Numbered from the stretch's first letter, positions 10,101 to 24,200 are shown. The stretch is 64,000 nucleotides of DNA from Phoronis australis (GCA_002633005.1 NMRA01000078.1:252587-316586), one strand, 5' to 3'. Notes: a model not told the origin generated them from the letters alone. Numbers and translations: made by a program.

Positions 10101-13100
10101 AATGAAATTCTAATCTTTTGGGAACTTCAGTAGCCCTTATAACCAGATACACAACAACAAAAAATGTATACCGTTAAATCTGGTCTATGGAAGACTAATT
10201 CTAGTAGGAACCAGTGACGTCATTTCTTGAACTTGATTTACGGGCGTATGCGTAGTCGCAGTTGACATTCTGTACTCGGGTAACTGGCTTATCGACGGTT
10301 CATGTTGTGAGATGAGCATCAAATTTAGAACCACGGAAGGGCCACTGCCACAGAGCACTGGGAATCCATTATTCAGAAACGGGTATCTGGGACCATTATT
10401 TCTTAATGAAGGAATATAGCCCTTTTCAACGTCTCGATGGAAATTTCAACATAAATTCGCTAAGAAGCTTATCGTTCATGTTGACGTATACGTCTGTTCT
10501 CCATGTTGTAGGTTTTTAAGTCAGCTACAGATTCATGCAGTAGGCACGCGAATAATTTGTGACAGCATTCCCGGACTGGTTGGAAAACAGAAGAGACTAT
10601 GTCGCTCACACCCAGATGTGATGTTATCGTTACAAGAGGGCGCTCGGGTAGGCGTGCGCGAATGCCAGCATCAATTTGGCAGCCAACGCTGGAACTGCAG
10701 TACTTTAGACAGAGATACCAGCGTGTTCGGAAAGGTGCTACAAAGAGGTAACAAAGGATGATAAAAGTAACCAAAAACAGTAACACCATTTAACGACATT
10801 TGCCTGTAGGGCCACATAGTGTGAATAAGTGACGGTTACGACGGTGTAGATGTTCTGAGAAAGACCAAAGTGGCATAATTCAGTACATTCCCATCAAATA
10901 AAAATGCATATGTTTCCAATACATTAGTTTTTGCTTTAACACGTAAAAATCAATGGAGAACTGTTTAATAAGCCATCTGTTACATTTTACAATTGGCTCC
11001 AATAAAGACGCCCCCTCTTACTGTATTTAAAGATTTTCAATTTACTTAGAAACTCGCATGCTAGACGAGAGTACTGCTCTTTCAACGGTACATAAAGCTT
11101 TTCCAAAATAAACAAGATTTGATAAAGATTTTTGTATTTTGTTCTTTATTCTTGTGGTGCTACAGCCAAATGAATACTCTTACATGCTGAGTACAGAAAA
11201 ATTTATTTAGGAAAAATACATGCAAGGCTGCAATTTATAAAACGTTGCTATTTTAGTGAACTGAATCTTTCGATTTCTGAACCTTATTTATATTTGGTAA
11301 ACACAAAAGAAGGTAATCGTGGCAACAATATGCAGACTTAAATCACGCCTCTCATTGTCTCCACAACATAATTGCCACTTACTCTTCACAGGAAGTCGAG
11401 AGGCGGCGTTCGTGTACGGAATATCATCCAGCGGAGTAGTGCACGCCATCACGCGGGCGTGTAGCCAAGGAGACTTGTTGAACTGCGCGTGCGACCCAAC
11501 AAAGAAAGGAAAGAGTAGGGACGGAGGCTTCGCGTGGGGCGGATGCAGTGATAACGTTAGATACGGATGTGAATTTTCCAGACAATTCGTCGACGCACGT
11601 GAGAAAAGGGTTCGCGACGCACGCGCTTTGATGAACCTGCATAACAATAGAGCGGGCCGAAAGGTAAGTTAAGTTGATGTAATACCCTTAGACAATGGGA
11701 CGAAATGTGCAAAACATTAAATCCACCTGGAGCGTTCAGCAACGCGAACGCAGAGTTCGAGTACCCTGTTTAAGAATCTCAATATAAAAAACAAGGGTGA
11801 AAATTTAAAAAAATCTAACAGCTTTCAAATGCTGCAAAAGCGAAACCTCTCATACTGAGCACTGCTTCGCCAGATTTGAAAGATAAAGTACCGTGTACAT
11901 TCAATCAGATGAAATCCTATGGTGGAAGGACGGACGAATACTTCACGTATAAGGCAATTATTGTTTTTGAATCAAAGACCTTAGACTAAGGACTTTTAGA
12001 TTTATTGTTTAACGGCTCACCTTATTCAAAGGATACTAAACCCGAATTATGACTATAAACAGATATTGACGCCTACTTAACACTTCAATGTTTAAAACTA
12101 TCATTACAAGTATGATTCAACTTCGACAACACTTCACAATATCAGCAAAATCGGTAAGCGTGGACGTGTTGGGCGAAGCAGCACATTTTTATCCACCGAG
12201 TTCATTTTGCGACACAGAGAGGAACGAGGTTTAGCTGAATAATGCTTTCATTTTGTCGAAGAAGTACAGAATACACAACAGCAAGTGACGTGAGCAATTT
12301 TGGGTAAATTCACCAAAATAGGGTTTCATATCCTTTTAACGAAACACGGCCTGACGATTTAACAAAGGGTATCACAATACAAGAGTAGTTCAGAAGTGTT
12401 CTAGCCAACGAACCATTCATAAATTTGTTTAGCTTCGGGACACAGCAAAACCGAGACGGGACTAAAATAACATATGCCACTGATACACAAATATTCTTGT
12501 GTGCAGGGAGATTGCGCTTCGAGCCACAAAATAAAATTACCCGTCAAAACTTATTCGTTCTCGTTTGACGTTCTTTGATGATCTAAATGTGGTGACAGGA
12601 GAGATGGGTATCTATTGGTTAGTTGGCACCCCGCACGAGATGTTATTTTAGAAGTGGTTACTTGAATTTACTAATCTGTCTGCAGGATTGTGCAGTGAAA
12701 ATTTACAATACCACAAGAATTCAAAAACAAACAAACGAAGGCATCGAATAATAACTATATTATGAAACTGTCTAAATAATAGCATCGACAGACAATTGAC
12801 GTAAAGAGCTTGAGAATCCTAAATGAAGACGCGGTGCAAACGTGCCATGACGTCACTATCTAAATCACTTTTTTACAATCCCGGCAAATTTTCGTCGTTA
12901 CCAGGAAACGAAAGATCGATGTTGTTCTTAAGGAGAGTAAAGTTCAGAATTTAGTAATAAAACCTCCAGAAGACACGTATGATTGCGTAAATTGAAAACT
13001 TTTGAATTATTCAATTTTTAAATTACACAATTTCAAACGTCTTAAGGTTCCGGCTATTGATGTCACACCAACGACGTATTATTTTGCGCGTCCATATGAT

Positions 13101-16100
13101 AATAAATGTCACCTTAGTTTCCAAAAATTCAAGTTCATCTCGAAAATTTTCGACACCTGATTGTCGCTGGTGTTTTTTTCAGCGTGCTCTTTGTCAGATT
13201 GAAATTGTTGAAAATAAAATGCCAAGACTCGTTTAACTAGAATTTATCGCACGTGCTTCTTCTAAGAATATTGAAACGCATGAAGATGGCCAGAGAATGA
13301 TCAAGAGAAACGTCGACTCAATGTAAATAGGCTAGAGGTTGGTGTAAATAAAGAAATAAATTTTAGATGAATGATGTTACTACATCACAACCTCAAAGCG
13401 GTTTAAGGCGAAGTGCAAGTTATTTCCCACATCACTGAACTGTATTGCTTTATGGCGCAAGAACAATCTTCAAGAAGGCGAAACAACTTAACCAAGTGAA
13501 AACGCGTTAAGACAATCTTATAGCAATGAGTAGTCTAATAAAATTGCTTTGACATCAACAATGGCCGTAGATGGTTGACTTGTGTTATGCGTAAAATCAC
13601 ACAACGGGCCATGGGCGCATAAAAGGGAATGCTCCCTGGCAGACCATACTAACAAGCCACTCAGCACGTCATTTACCGATAACGAGAACGTTTTTCCTTC
13701 GAAAATTGTGATTTGGTTCCCTTTTTGTGAGACCCTAAATCCGTCAGACTGGGCACAGGTATGACGTGTTTGACATCCGAAAACTTGGTCCCCAAACTTC
13801 ATTTAAAAAAATTATCTAATGTTTCTCTGGCCACTAGGTGACGCGTCTGTGAATAAACCTGAGGCTGATGGAAGTCTCACATCCATGAATGCAAAGTCAA
13901 CAAAATAATGTCGACGGTGTGATAGACGCCAGTCTTTCAGTGGCTCAATGACCAATCAAGCCAATCTGTCCTTTGTGTAGTCTGGCGTGATTAATACGAC
14001 GTGACAGCCAGACAACTGGTGCTCCCTCTTTGGGTCAAATAGGAATAGAGATGTTTTCAGAGCCAGATTGGCCGAAAAGCTTTCTTGATTCCTATGAGAT
14101 GTATGTCGCAAGGTGAAGCGTCGACAAGGTTTTATACTATACATTTTCGATTTTCTTAATCAATTAATGCCCAGGGCAATAGGTCTTTATTAGGACTAAG
14201 AGTGCTGTTATGGCAGTTGGATCCCAGATGCACGCATGCGCACCTGTGGCCGAAGTAATCAGGCCAAGTGGACAACATCACTACGTAGTACGTCGATAAC
14301 ACATGACTGCTTCAAAATTCTAACTTACTTTATTCAGTTGACTTTCATGAAATAGAGCAATCGCGTTCAACGAAAACATGGACCTGAGGAGAGGGAGTTC
14401 TCAGAGGGCATATTTGAAGAAATGTGCCGCTGAAGGAAAAAATTAGGATATCCAATCCACCCATTTAGGTTGTCGGCAAGATAAACCCCTTTAGAGCGTA
14501 ACCACAACGGGACCCATTTGTAGGGAACTTCAGCGGAAATCCACCCTTTCGTTTTCTCACATAACGTTAACCTTTTGGAGGGGCTTAAAACCGTACAAAA
14601 TGCTGAGCGGCTTAGCGTCATTATTTGTTTACTACGCATAGCTTTGTTACTTATTTCCGGTTCTTGTTGGGTAAAAATACAGATGTATTTTCTTGTAATC
14701 GCCCTTCACTTTTGGCGTAAAGATTGAACGATTCTTTAAAGAGACACAATCGGTTTTACCGGAAGTCGAAAAGCGCATTAGGGGACTATTTGAAAGAATT
14801 TCTTAACCTTATTAACTTTTATCAGAGCTATAAAACAATAAAATCTATTGTGTTTCTGTAATTTTATTCTATAAATCACCTACAGAAAGGGTGACAGACA
14901 ACATAAAAATGAAATCGAGGCGGCGGCCTCATCGCCTGTTTCGTTGCTATTCACCACGAAAGTGTCCGACGCGGTTGATGTGTAGTGAAATAAAGCAAGG
15001 GCTAATTTCCTGTGTGTACGTGAGAAAAACGGTAGCCGAAACATTTGCAAACGAAATCGCGGTAGACTGCCGTGCGAGACGAGGCGAACATTGCCATTAA
15101 TACCAAGCTTCCTCAGGTAGACAGCCGGGTGGGTTTGCATTCCTCTTCCGTCTTCCAGAAATAGTTTGACATTCAAGCGTACTTTTGACCGATTTTACAC
15201 GTATACCTAAAATTGTTTTTTGAAAAGCTTATAATGGTTCCTGTCATTGACTATCAATCGATTGAAATTCCTCGCTGAGTCTCAAAAAAAACAAGCGATC
15301 TTCAGTTGGCGGCATAATTTTACAAAACTCGCTTTCCTAAATGGCCAAATCCACCTTGAAAACCCGATAATTATGCACTATTTTTGGGAGTAACTATTAT
15401 CAGAGTACTGTATTGTTGGACATCATGGCTGAACTCTTAAAGGTGCATGCAGGGCAAATTGAGCTTGTTGAACTAAGGCAATACCTGAAGGTCACGTGAT
15501 TCAACATTCGGGGAAATCGCGGGTTATTGGTTTCATAGATTTTTGCATAAATAAAAGTAGCATCAATGAAAATAAGAGCAAACTATATTCACGCAAGGAA
15601 ATCGAAGTATTTATTTTCGATGAAAAAGCCCTGAATAATTGCCGAAGTGTTGTCTGAAATATTTCGAGTAATTCTATTCAATTTTTGCACACTTCATTCA
15701 CGATACATCTTCGCGAATATGCAACGGCTTCAAATGTGCGCACCACCACTCTGTAAACAGAATACAGCCAGACTTGTACGCACACTGAGATGTCAAAGCT
15801 GAAATTCGACTGGCGATGGCCATCTCAGCTATAAGCCTCTCCGCCAAGCTCCATCAAAATCTGGCAGCAGGTTTGACAATGATCAACTACGAATATCTGG
15901 TCAAAATTGTCATAGCTAATAAGATGCGCTACAGTAGCCGAATTCGCCAGAAAATTATCTGGGTGCCCGTGCGTACCAATCATATACTTGAATTGATTTT
16001 GTTTTCAAATCCTATCAGGCAATCGATAGGAAGGAAAAATCTCGGAAGAATCCATTAAGAGGTGTTTGTAATAAACTCCATCAAAAACATATATTGCAAG

Positions 16101-17891
16101 CACATAAAAGCGTACCTCAACAAAATAAAAAATTCTCCCACTCATGTGTTGCAAAAATGAACCACGATTTTTGATTTTCCAACATTAAACGTAAATCCCT
16201 TTTTAGGCGAGGCACCCGTTCTTTAAAGGATACCAAACCTGGTTTTGACCTATTAACAGATATTAAAAACGACTTCCCCCTCCAATTCTCTGAAACGAAG
16301 TAATGACAACCCTGGACAACCCTCAAAAGTTTCAAGGAAAATTTGAAAACTCCTTTCGAAGTCTGTTAAACCGGCAACCGTGACCTACGCTTTTAGCGAA
16401 TCATGAAGGCAACTGTGGGGAAAGCAACCCCTCCAAGAACCACAATATCCAATAGGTGGCATAGGGATCAGTATGACTTTTTATCGATTCCTGCTTTCAT
16501 CTTTCAAGATTGACGCCAATAATGCATTAGCAGATGACAGAACGAAGACTGGTTGAAATTGTCAAAATTGGACTTAGTATCCCTTTAAGAATCTGATAAT
16601 GAAAGCCACCCAACTGAACAGCTCGCTATTATGATCTTTTTAGGCAGTTCAAAAACACATGAAGTTGGAATGCAAGTGCCACGGAGTCAGCGGATCATGC
16701 GCACTGCGTACTTGTTGGTCAGCCATGCAAGATTTCCGAAAAGTGGGAAATTACTTACGGAAGCGATACAACGGCGCCATTCAAGTGATGATGGACCAAG
16801 GTGGACAGGGGTTAATTGTGGCTAATAGACACTATAAAAAGTTTACAAAACACGATTTGGTGTATTTCGAACAATCACCGGATTACTGTGTACAAGATCC
16901 CGACACAGGTGAGAAACGCAGTTGAATGTTAAGGTATTTCACTGAGAAATTCACGCGAAGTTTCTTCCGGTTTAGGGGTGCAACAACGCCGTTGTCGCAA
17001 AATAAAGCAGCCAATGAAAGAGATGTGCTTAGTCCAGTGGTGAAGTGGTAAAATTAAAGGTAAGTAGGCGCCCAAAGCCCATCGTATCACCTTGAGCACT
17101 GAACGTAACTTACGATGCCAAATGCCAAAAGGTGGTTGGCTGCGCCTACGTGCTTGTAAGCCCCACTACAGCACTGATTCTGTCGTCAATCAAAGGCGGC
17201 ACTGTGCTCCACGGGTGGGTTCGAAACAAAGACGCTGGAGTTGTGACTTGTAAAGATGTAATTTAACATTGTAATCCAGTTCCAAAAGAAGGGTGTCAGA
17301 CAATCAGACACAAGATAAACGATCATCACACGTGCAACATACCATGCTTATGATTTGCAATTCGTACAAACATAAATCATCCACTATGGAGCATCGAATC
17401 ATCCGCACGAACCTCTTGTAATCGATATATTGTTTACAAGAGAATGTGAGTCGCACGTATCACGAACGACGTCAGGTATAGTGCGTGTGGATGATTCAAT
17501 GGTCGTTAGTGTAGTTGACTAGTACCCTTGTTTAGAGAACTGCACGGCGAAAGCATCTAATGTCATCATTCCTTTTGAACATTGCTTGGGTGTAATTTAT
17601 CAACATACACAACTTAAGTTTATTACCGATTCCCATCAAACTGCTCTTGACTGACAGCTTCTCACATTTGCAGGGTCGTTGGGAACTACAGGACGCACGT
17701 GCAACAAGACGTCTATGGGAACAGACGGATGTGACATCATGTGTTGTGGGCGGGGCTACGACACGAAAACGGTAAAGCGAACGACAAAGTGTGAATGCAA
17801 ATTCCATTGGTGTTGCTTCGTAAAATGCCGCGAGTGTACGGAGTGGGTGGACATACACACGTGTAAAGGCCATCAGGCGGGCAATATCTGA
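7068..17891 (+). CDS. WNT2: Wnt2 (Wnt2/2b subfamily secreted ligand), complete, 355 aa
   Basis: join(7068..7144,10512..10747,11392..11663,16644..16908,17674..17891) = 1068 nt with consistent phases. Signal peptide ending STWW; [50 protein letters not shown] (lipidated Ser), [34 protein letters not shown]; diagnostic residues match Wnt2. Confidence 0.95.
10512..10747 (+). CDS. WNT2: Wnt2 exon 2
   Basis: Acceptor ttgtag ends 10511; donor gtaaca at 10748; [22 protein letters not shown]...ECQHQF..RWNC. Confidence 0.95.
11392..11663 (+). CDS. WNT2: Wnt2 exon 3
   Basis: Acceptor ttcacag ends 11391; donor gtaagt at 11664; [30 protein letters not shown]. Confidence 0.95.
12030..12335. mobile_element. 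TTAA-site (Kolobok-like) non-autonomous element, diverged
   Basis: Left end aggatactaaacccgaattatgac resembles the 16227 terminus; right end gggtttcatatcctt|ttaa. Confidence 0.4.
16227..16584. mobile_element. Non-autonomous TTAA-site (Kolobok-like) DNA element in Wnt2 intron 3
   Basis: TTAA at 16223-16226 and 16585-16588; termini aggatacc / gtatccct; inverted copy at 1962-2296. Confidence 0.6.
16644..16908 (+). CDS. WNT2: Wnt2 exon 4
   Basis: Acceptor tttttag ends 16643; donor gtgaga at 16909; [17 protein letters not shown]...SPDYC. Confidence 0.95.
17035..17176. mobile_element. hAT-like MITE (CAGTGCTGTAGTGG TIR), older copy
   Basis: Ends cagtggtgaagtgg / ccactacagcactg; same orientation and interior as 34784-34937. 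Confidence 0.7.
17674..17891 (+). CDS. WNT2: Wnt2 exon 5 (last coding exon)
   Basis: Acceptor tttgcag ends 17673; [11 protein letters not shown]...CCGRGY...[16 protein letters not shown]; TGA 17889-17891. Confidence 0.95.
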
Positions 17892-18184
17892 TCCTTGGGT
17901 AAAAATGCGCACAACGCCGATCACATTCAGAAAGGTTGGACATACCGAAATTTATTCTGGACACTATCGGTGCGTGTAAGGCAACACACGGTGCATTGCG
18001 ACAGCATTGCGAGGGCGTGCTCCGCGAATTGTTGAACAGTTGCCGCTTATACCATCACAATCGATAAGTTGATTCCAATCGGATCAATGGTAAGCGTCCA
18101 ATGGCAATAGTGTGGAACGCATCAATACGTAACTCTCCGTTTAGACTTTTTGTAAAAAAGTCGTAAATTTACGACATTTTAGTG

Positions 18185-18581
18185 CCCGGTTGCCGCATGA
18201 AACAGTCTCAAATAGGGACTCTACTAAGTTCCTTTAATCTTTGACAGAGATGTAGTCTGGTTCTGTATCTTCATTATGAGCTGCTCTTTGACTAGTGACA
18301 TTTTCTAATAATATAACTAGAAAATATTAAGCTCTTAGTTCAATGTAAATATATTGGAACTTAGACCTTAAATTAGGAGGGTTGCATGAAAAGATCCCTA
18401 CTTACTTTCAATAATATCAGGAATTAAAAGTAATTCTCCATTTGTATGAAAGCCACAAATTGACTTACTAATAAAACTGCATATAAGAAAGGGCAATCAG
18501 TGTTTTCACTAGTCCATAAATACGCAGTAGGTTTAGGGAACTTAGTTGAGTCCATATTTGGTGACTGTTTCATGCAATCGG
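18185..18581. mobile_element. MITE (PIF/Harbinger-like, CCGGTTGCATGAAACAGTC TIR)
   Basis: ~50-bp imperfect TIRs: ccggttgccgcatgaaacagtctcaaatagggactctactaagttcc / gggaacttagttgagtccatatttggtgactgtttcatgcaatcgg; relative at 20811-21211. Confidence 0.65.
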
Positions 18582-19755
18582 TTACACAGAACCACTCAGC
18601 ATGGCGGGAAGTAAATGTGAGTTAGATCACGTGACCATGGCGGGGAAGTGTAAGTTCAACTGAAGGGCCGCAAGCATCGAAATTCGACCCTACCTTCGAC
18701 TGGTTGACTAGGGGAGACTTAATAACCATAAACTATCAAATAAGACATCGAGCAACAATTATTTAATTGTGCTTAGAAATTCAGAACACATGTTTCTGTT
18801 CACACCAAGGCTGCATCAAGCGTTAGTGCCAAATATCCTTGCAGATAGAGATCAGTACATATACTATCACATTTTGTCAAAATTATCACCTGTGCCGGAT
18901 AATGGAACTCTCAAAAGACACAGGCTTTGTAGCATTCGTTTCACAAGGTTATGTTTGTCATAAGTATCGTGGCTTCTTGCCGTAAGCATTTTCATTTTCA
19001 ATATTTCAATAATTCATTTTATGCTTTATGTTATCTCGTATGTTTTGTTACAAGGTGTAATAATTGAAATTTAAATTATTAAACTATATTTAGTATCTAC
19101 ACAAGTTCCGTCTTAATTCGACCATTCGTGAATTTTCGGTGATTTCTTCATTATTTCACACACTTTGGTAACTTCGCCCTTCTTAAATATTTAGTTTGGT
19201 TCTCGTGTGAGCTGTAATAGTTCATACACCTCGTGTATGTTTCAACAGTTCATACACCGGCAAAATCATCAACCTTTGCACAAGGTGTACGCGCCCTTGT
19301 ACGAATAATAATAAGAATTGCCGTAAACCTCGCAAACTATTGGTCAGCAAATAACACGCTAAAAGAACCCTAAGTTCCACAAGAAAAAATTTGATGGCAA
19401 GAATGTAGATGTATGAGTCCAGGTTCCAAGGGAATACAGTAGCATGACATTGGTAATTTTTTGTACATTTCTTTGAAACGTAAGCATTATTTATCTTAAA
19501 AGTGAAAATCCAGAAAATCAGAAAAATACAGATTAGTTTCTTAATGCGATACCTTCCTTCTTCTTCTTACTCTTTGATGAGAAATAAAGAAATATGCCAA
19601 TGAAATATATCAAATCTTACTTAAAGTGGATAAAAACCCGCCTTCCATCACAAAACACACTTTTAATTTAGACAACTTAGCGTTTTGAAATTGGTCTCAA
19701 ATTGCAAATTCGCAGACATTTCAGAGCTTCGATTGAACCATATACTATTGTTGTC

Positions 19756-19985
19756 CAGAGGCGGATATACGGGAGGGGGGGGTCAGGGGGTTTAACCCCC
19801 CTGGGACAGGATCAAAAATAAAAATAAAAGAAAAACGTCGCCAGGAAAACGAAATCAGGTACAAAAACCAAAAAAAAAAATCTTACACGGGAGGGGGTAC
19901 CTTCCCCCGCTCGGTGCTACGCGCCTCGGATTCGCACGAATCCTAAACCCTCTCCCTCCTTACTGAAAACGTAGACCTGCAACTG
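19756..19985. mobile_element. MITE with CAG..CTG ends and 5-bp TSD
   Basis: Ends cagaggcggatatacg / cgtagacctgcaactg; TSD TTGTC at 19751-19755 and 19986-19990. Confidence 0.6.
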
Positions 19986-20810
19986 TTGTCCATGATCTAT
20001 GACGGACAGTTCGTTATTGCTCGAGACAATGGACTAAAGGTTAGCTTGTTACGGCGGGTCATTTCATCTGCTGAGCATGATCTCAAGGAATAACGAACTA
20101 ACAGTTTTTCAGTGCAAACCCAGAATTCACTTTCCACACGTGTGTGGAGCTAATGGAAAACATTTTAAGGCGGTAGGCGATCTAAGTCAAAAGTTAGCTA
20201 CAGGTACGGAACGCGGTTTATTGCCGATTTAAACGTTTCTTGAATGATTTTCAACATTTCCGAGAATTGAGAAAAAAAAAACAATGAATAAAAGCAATCG
20301 CATTTTAGCCGGCTCTGTATGTTCCATCGAGGCAAAGAAAATTTCAAGATCCATTTTTATATTTACGAATGTATTAGAACTGGTGAATTTTTAAATCAGT
20401 CTGCGCGTCCAACAGAGGAACCTCATTTGGCCGCGATCATACTACAATATCGCTGCGCATGCGCACAACTTGACCTACAGGGAACGCAAATTTAGATTAT
20501 TAGTCCTGCCAGACACAGCGCAGGAAGGTTTGTACCTTACATTAACAGTAACTATCATATTTGCTGATAACACTGCTTTTCGCTGAATTAATTTCAATCA
20601 CTGATGTCCATGCTCTTTTCGAAACCGATCGGCCGTTATTCTTCATAACCAGAAGGACCCGACTGATTGAGCTAATGGTCCTCTGGACTTCACGGCAATC
20701 ATGACGATGTGCCACTCAACAGGATAAGCTCCGTTTCATGCATGGCACGGACGTCAGTGCCAGTTACACATATATCCCGAAAGAGGGCGCCAACTATTCA
20801 GATATTAGAG

Positions 20811-21211
20811 CCCAGTTCCATGAAACAGTCCCAAATGGGCCAACCGAGTTCCCAAACACTATTGCGCATTTGTATCTTTCTTTGCTCACACATGCACTAT
20901 TTTTCTACCATTTCATCTTGATACGATCTCTTCTTTAACTTAATAAATTTTCGAATACCAGTAATATAACTAAAAACTGAGTCCTGAATTCAGTGAAAAT
21001 GAATAGGGACTTACCTTACGGGCGTTAATTGAGAATTTAAGGTAGAGTTCACTGGTTCTTAGTTGATTTGTATGAAAACCAAAAACCTGACTTAGCAATG
21101 AAGCTAAAACAGTATGAGGAAGGACAACCGGCGTTTTCATTAGTTTACAAATACACGACAGATTTAGGGAACTTAGTCGAGTCCCTATTTGGGATTGTTT
21201 CATGCAACCGG
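20811..21211. mobile_element. MITE of the same family as 18185-18581, opposite orientation
   Basis: TIRs cccagttccatgaaacagtcccaaat / atttgggattgtttcatgcaaccgg; interior resembles the reverse complement of the 18.3-kb copy. Confidence 0.6.
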
Positions 21212-24200
21212 ACACAGCAATACAGCGTTGAATGTACGTTTATACTTTTAGATTAGTGGAAAACTGGGAAATCTGTCACAAATCATTACCACACTTAAAA
21301 TATGACTAAAATCAAACAACACGCCTGTAGGTCGCAGAAACTTAATAATTTCTAGTAAAATCGGCATGCCACTGGTTTTGGTATTTATTAAAATCGCATT
21401 TTCAAACCCTCAACTTTTAGTTATAAACAAAGAACAAGCCATTCAAATTTTCAGTGTGATGCAACACAAAGTAAGTCGGTTATTATTGACCAGTATGAAC
21501 AAACAAATAAGATTTCACAATTCTGACTGGACGCACGTAGTCACGAACATCATCAGGGACTCGCAAGATAGTGCGCGGTCGTTCCGCGGGTTGTGTATCT
21601 CCGAATCCAGCGTTTCCTACAAACCCCTGACATTCTTTTTTGGTCTACCACTGAAGTATTAAATATAAAACCAGTTTATCACAAAAGGTATGCTTTTACG
21701 ACCTAAACCGTTGTGACTTAAGTCATAATTCAGGTGATGAACACGGTTTCAAACTGCTGAACACGGTTTCAAAGTCATTTTCTCGAAAGGCGTCGCTTCG
21801 GTTGGCGATCCGGTTGCCAGCCGACTAGAGCGACGTCTTTCGTGAAAACGGTTTCACAGCAGATTTCGCACCACCAAGCTAAAGAGCCTTTGTAACTTGA
21901 CGAGCTCAGATCACAGCCCCGATGGCACTGGTTTATTTTTTATTGTCTAGATAATTAGCTTTGAGATTATTTAAAAACACCTGCAAACTTCAACAAGCTG
22001 ACGACTACCAGTATGGGCGGCCATTTTACGTACGCTACATAAGGACGCCAAGAGATCCGGCACACTGGTCCCAAAAACGCCCCGAGTTTTTAAAAAGCCA
22101 AAAATCCTAAGGCGGCGGAGCGAACTCTTGTGTGAGAGGCAGAATAATAGGCACCCAGGACAAGGCGCTCTTTAAGTGAGAAAATATGAGTGCATAAGAA
22201 CATCAGAATGTTCTTTCAGCAAGGCATGTGTAGTGCGTCGTTTCGTTATTTTCACGAAATTTACCACGACCCCTTGAAAAAACGTGGGCACCCCGACCCC
22301 CTTGTTTGCGGCCGCCAATGGAATCGAACGCGTATCTCGGAATTGACAGGCGCATACCTTAAACAATACACCACATAAGCTTGTCAAAATCTTATAGACT
22401 CTCAAAAATAATGTGTACATGACTAAATCTGTCCAATATCTGGCGTCGTCGAATTCGTGAGTGCATCTGCGAAGAAAAAATAAGATGTAGGCTACATATA
22501 GAAACACCTTATGTACTGTCGTTTTCAACTATGAACGCCACATCGTGCGCGCACAAAACCTGGGAATCCGTTGCAGGAGAAAGGCTGTGTGTCTGTTTGG
22601 TTATTGTAGGCTTGTTTTGACATGGAATCCTTCAGTTTATGCTCAAGCAAAGATACTATATCCCATAAAATCTTTGGCTCAAGTGGGCAGACCACGACAG
22701 TCGCAAAAACTAAGATCACGTGACCCTTCGAAAGAACTGTAAACCGGAACTAAGAGAACCAGCAGCAACCTTTCAACGGGCTTCTGAGGACTGAATTGAC
22801 ATCATCGTTTTTACGGCCGAAAACGCACTTTTTGGGACTATTGCTGTACGGAATAGACTTCGAATCCTTAAGTTATTAACTTTGACCAGAGATATAAAAC
22901 AAAATTCGTCGTTTTTGTGATTTTACTTCATATAGCCGATGTCTGCGGTAACATTCCCAGTTAAATACGCTTAAAATACATTGTCATCGCCACAGCTAAC
23001 GTCTCAACAGGGCAGCGATACGATCTATGTTACTATTTATCGAGAGAGATTTACACGTCAGAAGAGCGTTTGGCTACGAATTAATTAACTCGAGGTTAAG
23101 CCTACGGGTTCGAATACGCGCTTGGGGTTCTTTTCAGAAAATCACCTTTTTAGCCGATAATGTAAAAAATATGAGCACAGCCGCAAAAATCGCTTTCGCG
23201 TTATATCGAGGTTCTCATTCATTCTCTTGCATTCACAGGCCGATAATTCATTTGAATCACTTGAAAGCTAAGCTGCGTCGACAGAAAATGCCAAGTTTCC
23301 CTACGAAAAGGTGTTCTTTTCAACACAATACACAGCTAAAGGGTTCTCTCGGGAAACCTAAAAATTTCTTACTTTATTTAAGTTCGCCGAGATGAAAAGA
23401 GTACATTTCAAAGGGTTGTTTATTGAATTTAAATTCAATAAATAAGCCTACTGTAGAGATTACGTTATGTGAGCAAACAGTTGCATTATGGTAACTCACA
23501 AAGTTCTTTAGGCTACAAATGGGTCCCTTCAAACCGAGTTTACTCTCTAGGAGATGACTGTTAGGCGTGCAGACTCTCTAAAAGCTATGGACTATACTAA
23601 TTTCTCAGCGGCACACCACAGTGAAAACTGCTCCCAGGGAGTTCATGCACAGAATACCTACCAAGTGACATAGGTTTCTACGCTTTAGTCATAAACCCCC
23701 TCGACTATATTTTTGACGCCAGGGTGCGACTGGAAAACATAACATCCACCCACTTAGATAGTGAACTCTAAAAAGGGAATCATATGTAGGGAGCTTCTGT
23801 GTCCATGAAAAAGTCACCTTTCCGTAGAACAACAACTTTTCATGGAGATTTTAATTCCATAAACCCAACCCATTCGTTAGGATTTTATTTCGCAACGAAA
23901 CTAGGAAATAAGGATATTTTAATGTCATTTATATTTTGAAAGCTCCAAAGGGTTTTCAAAAAAAAAAAATCCTTGAAACTTCTAGATTTTTGCACTGAAA
24001 GAAAGTTAGTATTGAATTCTATGTACAGCATATAAACATAATTTGTAAGGACTCGAGAAGTGGCTACCAGACATGGGTGCATGAAAACGAGCCTTTGATT
24101 AGGAATGGAATAAAAAGCCACTTTTGCAGGAAATTTTGTCGAAAAAAGAATCCTATCACAGGGAAATTGTTCGTGTAAAGTCACTCGCCTGAGCGGCACG

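Noticed and set aside
20454-20465. Perfect NRF1 palindrome TGCGCATGCGCA (near match at ~14229)
   Set aside because: Isolated, not near an identifiable gene start, and such palindromes are common in repeat centres
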